Source: Octopus sinensis (lineage: Eukaryota). Taken from it: 64,000 bases of DNA. Shown here in pieces: positions 13,591 through 27,300 of this stretch. Below the pieces are notes generated by a model that saw only the letters and a list, made by a program, of their open reading frames with translations, searched no databases and had not been told where the DNA came from. Every line of letters starts with the position of its first letter. Position 1 is the first letter of the stretch. The position numbers and the translations under genes were made by a program. The stretch covers positions 27,342,001 through 27,406,000 of the forward strand of contig NC_043007.1 of the NCBI RefSeq assembly GCF_006345805.1, given 5' to 3'.

Positions 13591-14211
13591 ATGAAATTCC
13601 TTTACGCACTCAACAGAGCTTGCTAGCTTTGTGTCTATATTTGAAACCACTATGTCTGTATCTATCAGTAATCTCAAATAAAGAATGTAAGGTTACGCAA
13701 TGCTTGTCTGAAGAGTCAAAAACAAGGAAATTCAAATTGTCCACTGTAGTGTCAAAGATCAGACTAATTTCCTAGTGAGTTTACATTCAGATTGAATTAA
13801 TCTGTATATTAGCGTTTTCGCACATTACTTTCTCCAACTAAATAAACCCGAAGCATTAATCAATAGATACACTAAGAACTTCATCTGATTCTTTGGAGCA
13901 ATATATGATGAAGACGAAAACAAAGTTAGAGAGAAATTTGAAACAGAAAACAGAAAGTGGAATCAAAGAACAAAAAAAACCATTTCTGAAAGGAACTGAA
14001 ACAACCGGCGCCTAAAATGAAATATTTTTCAAGAGGGAATATTTCTTTTCTAATTCCTTGACAGAAATGTCCTCCTGCTACACACGGCCAAATTCCTGTA
14101 GACTGTTGCCAACTTTAATAATATAATATTATGTGAGACATTGCTAGCAGGTAAATATCTTAAAATTCTCTGATCTAATAAAATGCCAAAATATATTTCT
14201 CATGAATATAT

Positions 14212-14245
<34 letters not shown>

Positions 14246-14317
14246 GGATGGGTATATATATTATACACACACACACACACATATATATATATGTCTACAT
14301 ATATATGTACATATATA

Positions 14318-14379
<62 letters not shown>

Positions 14380-15787
14380 TTGTACATATGAAAAATGATA
14401 TATAAATCATGTATAAATGAGTGTGTGTGTTTGTACGAATGTACATGTATGTATATATGTGTTTTATGAAGAAAGTTTCTCCAAGAGTCTGAAATACTGT
14501 CTAACTCAGTTATAAGAATTCTTCTCACATACCATCAAATACCCAATGTAGAACCATCATCCTGCTGTATGTCAATAGCAATCTCTACGGGAAATTTCCA
14601 ATACTTAACCAATGTATCGCGTCGTGATATTCCTCCGTATCCATTCTAACTAGTCTCTGGATATAAATCTTTCAAACATTTCCTCCTTGAAGACAAAGAC
14701 ACCGAAAAGCAAATTTAAAACTGAAAAGCTAATACTAAGAATTAACCTAAGACAGCACAACATGAACTGCACATTGCATAAGAGAGAAAGAGATAGAGAG
14801 AAATAGAGACAGGCAGAGACAGATGCAGAGAGAGAGAGAGAGACAGACAGACAGAGAGAACCAATGGACATGTTAAATATCTATTCTATTTACAAAATAC
14901 ATTTACTACTATTTCTTGGTGAGTGGTAAATATATTTCAGTTGTTTGATTTCAATACGGATTTTCTATCTCTCCATTGGTATGTCTATTTAAATAGCATA
15001 AACATTTGAGGGTTTTTGGGAGTTTTTGGTTTTTTTTTTGCTTTTCTTTTAGCAGTTTTCGTACATTTTGAAAATTCCTTCGTACATATCTCGGCACCCA
15101 ATGATCATATTTGCATGTATTTCCTTATTCACAGTAACATATTATTTATATTTGAATACAGTTATTCTGAGAGCTTATAAATCGGTGTAGCTAAAATCGC
15201 TCAGATATCGTAGTGTGAAAATTATAGATATGTATGGAATTCCTGTTTTTTTTTATATTCTGTCTTGTATCTCTTCTTTAAAATAGTAGTTGAACAAATT
15301 TATATTTATTTTTTTATGTCTTTTCAGACTTCGATATTCAAATAAAAATATTCCTTCTAGATACTAAGTTACTAAGATATTCTTTGTTTACACTAATGCT
15401 AGTTATATACTTGCTGCGTCGTATGTTCGAATGCATCTCGTATATTCACATAAATATTTATCAATATGCATATGTTTATATCATAATATATACATACATA
15501 CGCACACACACACACACGCACACACGCGCACACGCACGCACACACACATACACACACATGTAGCTTTTTATAACTTTATAAAACTTAACTTCGAAAACTT
15601 TGAGTAGGGAAGTACAAGTACAGCCTTTTATCTGCAAATGGCAGGAAGGGAAGGTGTCGTCCAGACATTTTACATTCACATACAACACACATACACACAC
15701 GCGCGCGAACACACACACTTATGCCTACGTATATATATATACATGTATACAAATATAAATATATATATACTTATATATGCACATACA

Positions 15788-15819
<32 letters not shown>

Positions 15820-15823
15820 GGCG

Positions 15824-15856
<33 letters not shown>

Positions 15857-16044
15857 CTATATATACTTAAACAGATATATATAAATATACATATATATAT
15901 ATATGCGTATGTGTAACAATGTGCATGTGTATGTGTGTGTGTGTGTGCATATTGAAGTCTTTCTCCCGTTATACATATATGAGTGCGAGGAAGCGAGAAT
16001 GAGAGAAGATAGGGGAACGGATCATAGGTAGGTAAACATATATA

Positions 16045-16286
<242 letters not shown>

Positions 16287-18856
16287 CTGCTCGGACAATA
16301 AGCTCAATATATAAATCAGTGCGTATTTCATTAGAAGTTGTGTAAGTTAGTGTTGTAACGGCCAGTGTCTGGTTTCGGTGGTTCAAAAGAAGGAATGAAA
16401 ATAGTGAAGGTATAGAAAATTAAAATGGTTTGGATCTAACCACCATTTCAAATCACGCTATTTCAGAATCGGCCACAAATTTCAGCAACATGTACATATT
16501 TATTCGCACTTTCATTTTTAAAGTAAAAATGTGACGTACTTATAATGTTCTTCTTATTCCTTACTTTCTCTGGTTTTAACTCATCATTTGTCGCTTCATT
16601 AATCTTCTTGCATCGACGTTCTCGATTTTTTTGTTCTCATGTTTTGTCATGTACCAGCATCATGTGCTCTGAGCCCGCAGATTAATTTCTAAAAAGCTGC
16701 CTAGCCACGTGACTCCAAGGAAAGTAACGATAAGTAACTCTTATTTTAATACAGTGTAGAGCTGCTTCATGCTCTAATGTCCGTCATAACCGAGGGTAGT
16801 CTCCGAGTAGCCTTCCCTTGTTATTTATTGTGTATTTTTTTAAATACTATAACGGAGTGTTAAGATAGTAATGAAAATAACAGACCTAACGTTTTCTTCT
16901 CCACGATGATTTACGAGGACAATGTGGGGAGTATGCATCACTCCCACGACAACGATTGTTTCTTAAATAAATCATCAAAAAAGACCGCTGCATACAGATG
17001 CCGAAGTATTGGCGGAACAGAGTCGATCGGGAAATAGAACGTGTTCTTTCCCCGTATGTGTGTGTATGTGAGAGTATGTGCGCATGAGTATAGATATAGT
17101 TAATATCGAACTTTATACATCCATATATGTGTATATGTATATATTTATATATATATGTGTGTGTGTGTGTGTCTGTGTGTCTGTGTGTGTGTATGTATGT
17201 ATATGTATGTGTATATATATACATACATATACATATATATATATATATATATATATGAATGTATGTATATGTATATAGTATGTAAACATATATAAATGTA
17301 TGTGTTTGTGTAAATATATTGGCAGCAAACTGGCATTGTCCTTAAATCTTTAAACAGAATGCCTAAGATATTTGTTCCGGTTTTCTGGTCCCTGATTTCA
17401 AATATAGCCTTATGCTACGTTCTTCGAGACACAGAACAAATAATGATAGACGTAGAAAGCCCTTCAGCAAATTTCCATAAATTTCACTTCATTAATTTCT
17501 ATGGTAGTGCACCAGCAGTTATGTTGGAAGAAATATTAATTTCAAAGTCTTGGAAATCGGAATTATTATGTACTTTAATGTATATATCAATCTTCGTAAA
17601 TTCCTTTTATTTTCTATTACCAATTACATTTTTCTTGTTCTAGCTTGAAGCTGGTGCTATGCTGGGGCGCCGCCACGGTTCTATTTATTAGTGTGAGTAT
17701 GTGTGTGTGTGTGTGTTTAACTATTGCATAATTTTCCTATGCAAATTTCATTTCTGCTTATTTTTACCTGAAAAAGGTAACAGAAGAAAGCAATTAAATC
17801 GGGGAAAGTTTGTTAGAAATGTATTGTACCCCCATGCTGATAAATGTTTTTTTGCATTTTACCATGTATTTACCTTTGATATTGAACTTTTCATAGCTCG
17901 GCCTGATATGCACATTTCATTTTCGCTTTCAGTTTGCAATGTTCCTGATTTCAAATTCTGAGTTAAACCAAATTTATTACTCTTGTAGTCACCCAAAAAA
18001 ATATAATACACATGATCAGACATCGGTTTTACAGATTCTATTTCCTGTTGATCCGTCAAAACATGGTCTTGACATTTGTAGAAAAGGTCAAGAAGCTAAT
18101 AACGTTGAAGGAAGTAAATTCTTTAGTCTTCGCATTTGTTACGAACAAACTCGTCATATACGCCCAACCATAAATATACCAATTACTACGATTGAAGTAT
18201 CCACTGAAAACTAACAAAAGAGTTATGCTATATACAGCAGGCCCTTAAATTGTATCTCCTTGCAACTAATAAGATTCTATGTTTAAATATAACCTCACGT
18301 TGCTACTGAGATGCTGTCATGTTGTCGGAAGGGATCGTAGCTTTTGAACCCACATGACAGGCGTATGAGGATTTTGTTGTAGCAAAGGCATATCTATAAA
18401 TGGAATATACATATTCTAACGCTCTTTACAATTGTAGATGTTTCCAGGTAGGAAAGCTTGTTAAACAGTATAATCATTTTACGATATTTTTAAGACGTTT
18501 ATTTGTATAATTGAAATAAATTAATCCCAAATGCGCGTTTAAAAAACAAGGTATGTATAAAACGCATATTTACATGTTTACATTTAAAACAATACAAACT
18601 TGGTTAAAAGCCTCTGGAAATGAAATCATTTTCATTATACGAAACTTAATAAAAAATTGTTTGCATCATTCCTGGCTAATTTTAAAACCGTTATTTTAAA
18701 AGTTGTGCCTTGATTTATAAGATTCTTCTTGCTAAATTCTGACTATGGTTAAAACCAACTTATCCACGACATATCAAAACTCAAAATAAAATAATGGTTT
18801 TAAGATGGTGGCATCAGCCCACCACTCTCAAATATAATCTGTTTTAATATTTAGTA

Positions 18857-19075
18857 ATATCGGTTTCAAATTCTTGCACAAGGCCAGATATTTCAAGAGA
18901 TAGGTTTTACTCGATTTCATCGAACCCAGTGCTCAACTGGTACTTATTTAATTGACCCTGAAAGGATGAATGGCAAAGTCGACCTCGGCAGAATTTGAAC
19001 TCAGAACGCAAAGGCAGACGAGATGCTGCTAATTATTTTCCGCCATGCTAACGATTGTGCCAACTAATCGCCTTT
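18857..19075 (-). mobile_element. SINE family B (alternative 3' tail type ...TTTCAGGCCTTGTG...)
   Basis: GAAAGGATGAATGGCAAAGTCGACCTCGGCAGAATTTGAACTCAGAACG is the reverse complement of the family B core. Confidence 0.85.
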
Positions 19076-19309
19076 CCTATTTGTAATAAAATCGCGCACA
19101 TCAATATGAAATTGTTTCATTGAGTATTGTCCAAATAGCCAGTTGTAAATTTGTAAATGAAAAAAAAATTTAAAAACAGAAAGAAATTTATAGAAAAATC
19201 ACCTTGGCACTGAAGAATTATATGGAGAAACTCCCGTCTTAGAAATCAGAATATTTAAGTACTGCTTAAGAATATTTGAAACCTCTTTGCTACCAGCTAG
19301 ATGTTCACA

Positions 19310-19745
19310 CTATATCCAGAGGCCAGCTTGACATGGCTCTCTAGTTAAGATATAAAATATACTTTATATTATTCTTCGGGAATACACTGAGATTGTTTCC
19401 AACCCCTTCTTTGATGTCGTCAATCTACGAACGTCTTAGACGTCTCCTGTTCATTTCTTCCTTACGTTTTCTACCAGGACGGTCTTGCATAATTATTTGT
19501 GGCGAATTCTACGCGATAGCTTTGTGAACATGATTCCTGACGATAGGTATGTTTGTACTTGTAGTCTTTCTTGTACTTTGTTGCTCTGTTGCTCCAACTT
19601 ATTCTGCCCAACTTTAGAAGGATTCAGATTTCAAAGGTGTCTGTATTCTCCATTAATCTCTGCATCGTCCACGTTTCTGCTGGGAAGTGGACTTTTGCCA
19701 AAATATCAAAGCTTACTAGCATCATATTGAAGGTTCAAGCACGAA
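19310..19745 (-). mobile_element. Decayed RTE-clade LINE 3' fragment
   Basis: Minus-strand translation AETWTM...DTFEI*ILLKLGRISWSNRAT and IMQDRPGRKRKEEMNRRRLRRS*IDDIKEGVG matches the post-RT region of RTE ORFs (ETWT...AFE.W..R...ISW..R.TN; GRPRRSW.DDIKE). Multiple stops. Confidence 0.75.
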
Positions 19746-20640
19746 TTCTTTCTGTTATTAATATGATAATACTGGTTGGATTAGAGTTAAATTTTATTCC
19801 TCACATAACTAAAAAAGAAACGCAAATTTTAATCCATAGCATGAGAAAAGATCGAAATTTTCCTTTTCTTACAGACTTTCTACTTTTCCAGTTAATTCTG
19901 CATTTTCGGTTATTCTCATTCTTTGATTTTTTATTCACAATTGATTTTTGATTTTTTTTTTGTATACATATGCCATTCATTGAATTGTCTCAGCAAAGCT
20001 TCGGCAGATTCACTGGCCCATAACATTCTGCCGCTTGTGTTTGTGTGTGTGAGTGTGTGTATGAAGTAGAAGGGAATTGGACGATATAACGAGTAGTAGT
20101 TAGTACAACAACTTTGTAGTCGACCCAGTATCATTACTATGGATGGCTAATTTAAAATCAAAATTTAAATTATCCTTTATATAAATGAATATCTTTGTAA
20201 ATGAAATGCTTGTAAGGTGATCCTGTTAAACATATAAATATATAAGTTATCTTGCTTTATTATTGTACAATCGTACATATCTGCATCTAACGTGTGTGTC
20301 ATCAGTATGAGTGTTTCTTGCAAATAGACTGTTAGGCCAACAATGCGTCAGACAAATAAGTTTTCAGCAGAATTTCAGATATGAAGGCTAGAAACAGAAA
20401 CTCACGGCGCAAAAGTCTGCATTTAATGCTCTAAAAAAAGTCTTTGTATTTTCTGCTCCTACTGACATTATCAAACGCGGAAATCAGAAAACATGAAAGA
20501 GAGTCAAAATCTGCACTTACATCGCAAAAGTTCTCTACAATAAATAGCATGAAATATTATATCTCTTATATTCTACAACTTCTATGTGTATCAATGAGCG
20601 CGTATGCGTGCTTCTATGTGTGTCCGTGTATGCGTTTTAT

Positions 20641-20850
20641 AGTCTTAGATCCTCTTGCGCCGTGTGGCGCATCGGGCGGCAAGGTTTCTCCAACGTGATT
20701 GGTTGACCGCGGCGATTGCAGCTATATCCCATGAAATGTCAATGGCTTTGAGGTCGTCGATGAAAGTGCAGCGCCATCACACTTTTGGTCGCGCTTGTTT
20801 TCTCTTGCCATGCGGTGGCTTCGACAAAATGGAGATTTTCGCACGCCGTG
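20641..20850 (-). mobile_element. RTE-clade LINE 3' end
   Basis: Minus translation KPPHGKRKQARPKV*WRCTFIDDLKAIDISWDIAAIAAVNQSRWRNLAARCATRRKRI* fits the typical RTE C-terminus (GKRKRGRPK.TW...DLK....W.....A.DR..WR). GC-rich island. Confidence 0.85.
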
Positions 20851-21024
20851 TATGCGTATATGATCTTAATTAATTGAGCTAGAATAGCATTATGCAATAT
20901 TGCATATAATATGTCTAAGACATAAAGAAATATGCATCGGTCTTTTCCTATGAGTCGTGATTTAATAATGTATAAAATCTTGCTCGGGCGTTACGTGGTT
21001 ATCGGCTCATATTATTCAGTATCT

Positions 21025-21311
21025 TTTATATTCTAACTGACTGCGACCAGGGTGGGATACCACCTAAAATGATTGTATTTTTAGTCGAACGAACTAATCC
21101 CAGTACATTTTCATCGTGGTACTTTTCTTTCGCTCTCTTTTGCTAAACCGCTATGGTACGCGGATGTAAACCCATCAACGCTGGTTGACAAGCGGTTGTG
21201 GGAGAAACAGAAAGGTACAGACACACACTGAGACACTCACACATTCACAGAATTCACAGATATAATATATATATATATATATATATACATGCACGCACGC
21301 ACACACACACT

Positions 21312-21342
<31 letters not shown>

Positions 21343-21495
21343 GCGACTGACTACTTTCATTTTCCGTCTACCAAATCCAATCACAAGGTGTGATCGACCC
21401 GAGGATATAGCAGAAATTCACGCGGTGGGACTGAACCCGGGAGCGTGTGGTTGGGAAGCATTCTTCTTACTACACATCCACACCTCCACTTGTAT
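21025..21495 (-). mobile_element. SINE family A, diverged full-length copy
   Basis: TTTCCGTCTACCAAATCC..CACAAGG and GGGACTGAACCCGG match the family A reverse complement; internal (TA)/(CA) tract present. Confidence 0.8.
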
Positions 21496-22469
21496 CTATA
21501 TATATATTGCACATTATTTATATCTATATTTCCTAATATCGATTTTCTTGTTAATTAAAAGTATTACCCGATTTTTTTTTTATCTATATTCAATAATATC
21601 GAAAGCCAGCAAAAGAATAATATACTCAGCTAAAAAATAAACGTAGCTTTCTGAAATCATATGAAATGATTATGTCTAACTAGTTTTTCATATAATACCA
21701 TATAAGGGAATATGATGACAGCTAATCTCCTGAAGGAACCCTATAGAATATGCTCCTGTGGCTTTTCACACTCATGATATAGACTTTCATTGGCAAACGC
21801 TAACTTGGTTCAATATTTTTTTTTCAGTGACAGGGTGGTATTGAAAATCGGAATGCGCAGATCGGATAAATGTATCGCAAGACATCTGTACCCGCTGCTT
21901 CAAGAATTCTGCCAATTCACAACTTCGGACTTTCAAGTTCTTTGCTCGATATCGAATAATGAAATGCAGTGTTTGCCACACAGCCATATTAACTCAGATT
22001 ATAAGGCGTAGGAACGAATACCGCCAGGTATTCAATCTAATACTCTACGAAACTACACGAAATCATCATTAAAAAAAATCTACCTTTACAGTCTTTATAG
22101 TAAATTGAAATAAATATCAGGCAAGAAACAATCATGAAAGCGATGAAGGAAGATTTTTTCTTCTTTTAAAGAAATGTTGAACAATGACTGAAGGCAAGCG
22201 AACGGGAGAACAGAGAAATTAAAATGGAACATAAAGGAAGGCTTCATGTCAAATGATTTCATTGAGGGGCAGATTATTTGAACTACATTTCTGAGAATAC
22301 AGTTTTAGTCATACGCATGTTATTGAATCAAACATCGCTAACGGATGATGCATTTAATTTTTTGAGTTTTAATAAAACAAATATTTAAGAAATCAACGTG
22401 AATTTAACACATTCCTTCTAACAAATTGGTGACGTGAATTTAAAGTAAAGTACATTACAAATCAGTATT

Positions 22470-22689
22470 AAATATTGGTTTCAAATTTTGCCACAAGGGC
22501 AGCAGTTTCGAGGTATATGCTAATTCGTTAACATCGACCTAAGTCCTCAGTTGCAACTTATTTTATCGACCCCGAGCTGATGAAAGGCAGAGTCGACGTC
22601 AGCGGGTTATAAACACAGAGCGTAATAGCGGACGAAATGCCGTTAAGTATTTTTCCGGACATGCTACGGATTCAGCAAGCTCGCCGCCT
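22470..22689 (-). mobile_element. SINE family B
   Basis: Ends in CTCGCCGCCTT (reverse complement of the head); core ATCGACCCCGAGCTGATGAAAGGCAGAGTCGAC. Confidence 0.85.
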
Positions 22690-22690
22690 T

Positions 22691-22852
22691 AAATCAGTTT
22701 TAAATATCATCATTATAAAATACCATCAGTATAAAATATTATCATTCTTAAATATCATCAGTATAAAATATCAGTTTTAAATAGCATGAGTATAAAATAT
22801 CATGCGTATCAAATATCATGAGTATCAAATATCATCAGTTTTAAATACCATT
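22691..22852. repeat. Minisatellite of about 11 units, 16-bp consensus AAATATCATCAGTATA
   Basis: Units such as AAATATCATCATTATA, AAATACCATCAGTATA, AAATATCATGAGTATC and AAATATCATCAGTTTT are read directly. Confidence 0.85.
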
Positions 22853-23489
22853 AGCGAATGGGGATTAGATCGCATTACATATTTTTTATCTATTATTAAT
22901 TACAATAAAATAACTGGAAACATATCTGCATAATTATTTCCCATTAAATTGCATTATTCAATATCTGGCGTCAAGCTGATACTCAGTATAAAACAAAGGT
23001 TACTTGTAAACAATCATCTTGAAAAAGAAATTGTTTTGACACGCGATAATTGCTCATACAATTTCTGAACAATAAAACATTCATTTTAATTAAGTTTCCT
23101 TATCAATTTATATTTACTGGATTTTTAAACATAGGATTTTATCAATAGCAACATCATAACGTCTATTATTACTACTGACCGAAGTTAATTAATATTATCC
23201 AAGACGATCCTAGTAAGTTAATATAGAATTCATCAAGGTACAATACCGGATTAGATTATGTTAGATAAAGTATTGACGTGTAAATTATATCTGATCATTA
23301 TATATATGTATGTTAATTAATGATAGATAAGAAGGGTAGTCACGATATTAATGATTTGCTAATTATGGAAATATATCATTTGGTTATAACATCATGTTTC
23401 GATTATCAAATTATAATTGAATTTACATAATTATCTAACTAAACAATATATGTGCATGAAATTATATACATATATAAATACACACATAC

Positions 23490-23910
23490 GCGTAGGAGTG
23501 GCTGTGTCTTAAGTAGCTTGCTTACGAACCACATGGTTCCGGGTTCAGTCCCACTACGTGGCACCTTGGGCAAGTGTCTTCTACTATAGCCTATGTGGGT
23601 GGATATGGTAGACGGAAACTAAAAGAAGCCCGTCGTATATATGTATATATATATATGTATGTGTGTATGTATATATGTATGTGTGTATATGTTTGTGTGT
23701 CTGCGTTTGTCCCCCAGCATCGCTTGACAACCGATGCTGGTGTGTTCACGTCCCCGTAACTTAGCGCTTCGGCAAAGAGACCAATAATATAAGTACTAGG
23801 CTTACAAAGAAGAAGTCCAGGCTCGATTTGCTCGACTAAAGGCGGTGCTCCAGCATGGCCATAGTCAAATGACTGAACCAAGTAAAAGAGTAAGAGAGAA
23901 AGTAAAGAGT
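23490..23910 (+). mobile_element. SINE family A, full length
   Basis: Aligns with 42-534. Confidence 0.92.
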
Positions 23911-24124
23911 ACACACACATGTAAATGTATGGATATGTATATGCACATACATGCACACACGCACACACACGCCTGTATATATACATGCATACATACGTTA
24001 TCGCGGGCGCGTGCGTGTATCTGAGTGTGCGTATATATGTGTGTGTGTATGTGTTTGTATACGTGAATAAATGCAATTAGTATTTTGTGTATGACTACAC
24101 ATGTCGCTTAATATTCGGTACCAT

Positions 24125-24230
24125 CACGTGTTTACGTGACCGAGCAGGAAATTACATGTTACACATCGCTGGTAACAATGCGCTTTTGCATTCTCTTAGC
24201 CTTCAAATGACACCACTCCCACTGGTTAGG
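24125..24230 (-). mobile_element. 3' fragment of SINE family C (or of its partner LINE)
   Basis: Reverse complement GTCATTTGAAGGCTAAGAGAATGCAAAAGCGCATTGTTACCAGCGATGTGTAAC matches 11437-11490. Confidence 0.75.
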
Positions 24231-24546
24231 CGACAGAGACAATTTGAAACCAAATATTTTAAAAAAGAAAAAAATCATCTAAAACAAGACATTGAAAGGT
24301 ATTACCTGAAGAAGTGACACTGTGAAATTGCACCTTTGCGGAATGTAATACAATGCTACGTAATGTTACACAGCAATTTACAAAAACAAAATGGCGATTT
24401 TACATTCAAATCCAACGGAAACACGCATATTTCTGACACCCGTATTTCTATAATATACAACGTGTCGAATGGACCGAATATTCATTCGATACAGGCTCGG
24501 ATGTGCAGGATATCAGGTGGCAGAAAAAATACTTATTTATTTATTA

Positions 24547-24750
24547 CATAGAGGGGACAAACAAGGACAGACATAGGTATTAAGTCGATTACATCGACCT
24601 CAGTGCGGAACTGTTACTTAATTTATCGACTCCGAAAGGGTGAAAGGCAAAGTCAACCTCGGCGGAATTTGAACTCATAACGTAACGACAGACGAAATAC
24701 GGCTAAGCATTTCACCCGGCGTGCTAACGTTTCTGCCAGCTCGCCGCCTT
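24547..24750 (-). mobile_element. SINE family B
   Basis: Near-consensus reverse complement ending CCAGCTCGCCGCCTT. Confidence 0.9.
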
Positions 24751-25089
24751 CCAGAAAAATACTATTTCAATTGTTCACGGATTGCTGAGAGTCCATATCT
24801 ATTTACATGCTTTCTTTTCATTATTTTTGCACCAGTTAGATTGCCTCCATTGTACTGTTACTGGTTGGTTGTCTTCAGTGTGTTTTCGTTGTTCAACCGC
24901 ACATCTTTGCTTCTTTTCTTCCATTTATCCTGCTTCATTCTTGATATATTTCAGCTATTTTCCTAATTGTTTTGTTTCATTTTCCTTCAAGAACACACAC
25001 ACATTTATATATATATATATATTACATGTGTGTGTATGTGTGATTTACGTGAGTCTGTGTATATACACACGCTATCCTCTTTCACGTAT

Positions 25090-25098
25090 TCATATATA

Positions 25099-25157
<59 letters not shown>

Positions 25158-25247
25158 TATATATATATATATAAATATATGTTATGTATATATATATATA
25201 TATATACATGTATGTATGTATGTATGTATGTATGTATGTATGTATGT

Positions 25248-25295
<48 letters not shown>

Positions 25296-25548
25296 CATGT
25301 ATATATATATATATGTATATATACGTTAAGCTTATATCAAGAATGAAGTGAATGTAATCGTCAATTAAAAAAAAACATGATTACATCTGTGTGTGATTTA
25401 GGGCATTCCGAATAAACTTAATTATAGGAATATTCTTAGATCAACTATCTTATTGTAGGGCGACCAAGATATTTAAAAATTAACTCCGTTCGAATGCATT
25501 AAAGGGATATTAAAATTACATTAGTTACTTTCAGGAGGGAATTTAGTG

Positions 25549-25632
<84 letters not shown>

Positions 25633-25633
25633 C

Positions 25634-25687
<54 letters not shown>

Positions 25688-25816
25688 ATATATATATATA
25701 TGTATGTATGTATATGTGTGTGTGTAAATATATGTACTTATACACGCACACACACACATATATATATATATATATACATATGGATATATACATATATGTA
25801 ATTATAAATAAATATA

Positions 25817-25856
<40 letters not shown>

Positions 25857-25862
25857 TGTGTG
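25090..25862. repeat. (TA)n/(TATG)n/(TG)n microsatellite block with a 220-bp unique insert at 25326-25550
   Basis: Direct reading. Confidence 0.9.
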
Positions 25863-26460
25863 TGATCCGCAATGTTTGTCAATAAATTACCTTTATTCAA
25901 AGAGAAGCATTTTCCTTTTATTCACTGGTTTCGTTTTTTTCAGATTTTTCGCTTAGATTCACATAATGATTGTGATATAATTATAATTCCTCTAATTGAA
26001 TCCATTACTTATTCTAAGTTTATTCTCTAATTTTTATCGATATCTGCTCCTTCATTTTTTTTTTAGAATTTTTTTTAATGAAAGAAAATCCCCGTTTGTC
26101 ATTTCTCGCTGTTGGAATTGCAGCAGTCCAGCGATTCATCTTTTGCAAATCTGATATCAAAAATGGTTTTCTCCCCATATTGCTATATCAAGGAAATGTA
26201 GAAGAGGGTGGTCTTCTTTGATTCAGGAAACAATGCATTTCTAAAGATGAGTGCCACGTCTGCGAGAAACAATGTGGAACTGTAACGGTAATGATATTGC
26301 TAATTAAACCTTTCACCTTAGATAGTACACTATTTTATATCTCTCTTCACCTGAATTATTCTTTCTAGTTTCTTCTCTCTCCTCTATATTAATATTTTAT
26401 ATCGATCTCTCGTAATCATTTTTCCATGTAATCATTCTCTCTATATCAAAAGCTATATCC

Positions 26461-26597
26461 TTTTCTACTCAAGGCAGGAGGCCTGAAATTTGGGGGGAGG
26501 GGTCAGTTGATTAGATAGATCCCAGTACGCAACTGGTACTTAATTTATCGATCCCGGTAGGACGGAAGGCAAAGTCGACTTCATCGGAATTTGATCA
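26461..26597 (-). mobile_element. SINE family B, 3' portion (alternative tail)
   Basis: GGCCTGAAATTTGGGGGGAGGGG...CTGGTACTTAATTTATCGATCCC...GGCAAAGTCGAC. Confidence 0.8.
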
Positions 26598-26599
26598 AA

Positions 26600-26661
26600 T
26601 GCTATATCTTTGGCTATTCTCCTCGCTGACATTCTTTTCCACTATCTCTTCCTCTCACTCG

Positions 26662-26704
<43 letters not shown>

Positions 26705-27300
26705 CCTCTCTCGCTCTCTTTCTCACTCTTCCTCTGTTTCTGAAAAACTCTTTTTCCTTAATCTTATTTGTTTCTTTCGCAAAGAACTCTCTCCCTCTCT
26801 CTATCTCATATTAATCAATATATCTCTACCGTACACTTCCTTCTCTCTGTATTTTTGCAATGTTTTCTCACTCTGTCTTTCTATATTTCTCTTCCCCCTC
26901 TCTATCCATCTATCTATCTATCTAGCATTCTGTCTGTCTGTCTATCACAGTCTTCTTCATTCTTCTCTTCTTACTCCCTCTGCATATTTATACCTCTTGC
27001 CATCTATACTTGTCTCCCCTCTTTCTTTCTTTCTCTCTCTCTCTTTCTAGCCTTCTGTCTGTCTGTCTGTCTGTCTAACACTGTCGTCTTCATTCTTCCC
27101 TTCTTACTCCCTCTGCATATTTATACCTCTTGCCATCTATACTTATCTCCTCCTCTCTCTTCCCCTCTCTGTCTCTCCCTCTCCCTCACTCTGTGTGTCT
27201 CTTCCTTCTCTTACTTTTGCCTGCTATTTCTCTTTCCTTTCCCACTACCATTCCCATTCTCTTTATATCTCTGTCTATGTCTCTCATTTTTTCTTCTTAC
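26600..27300. repeat. Pyrimidine-rich (CT)n region with an internal tandem duplication of about 125 bp (26922-27018 vs 27047-27150)
   Basis: CTTACTCCCTCTGCATATTTATACCTCTTGCCATCTATACTT occurs twice. Confidence 0.85.

Noticed and set aside
17359-17643. 94-aa ORF with hydrophobic ends
   Set aside because: AT-rich composition explains the hydrophobicity; no family motif or supporting exon structure.
19478-19546. 69-nt frame TVLHNYLWRILRDSFVNMIPDD resembling an M13 peptidase motif
   Set aside because: The N-Y-x-x-W spacing is wrong, and the opposite strand is explained as a decayed RTE ORF. Kept only as a possible cryptic exon.
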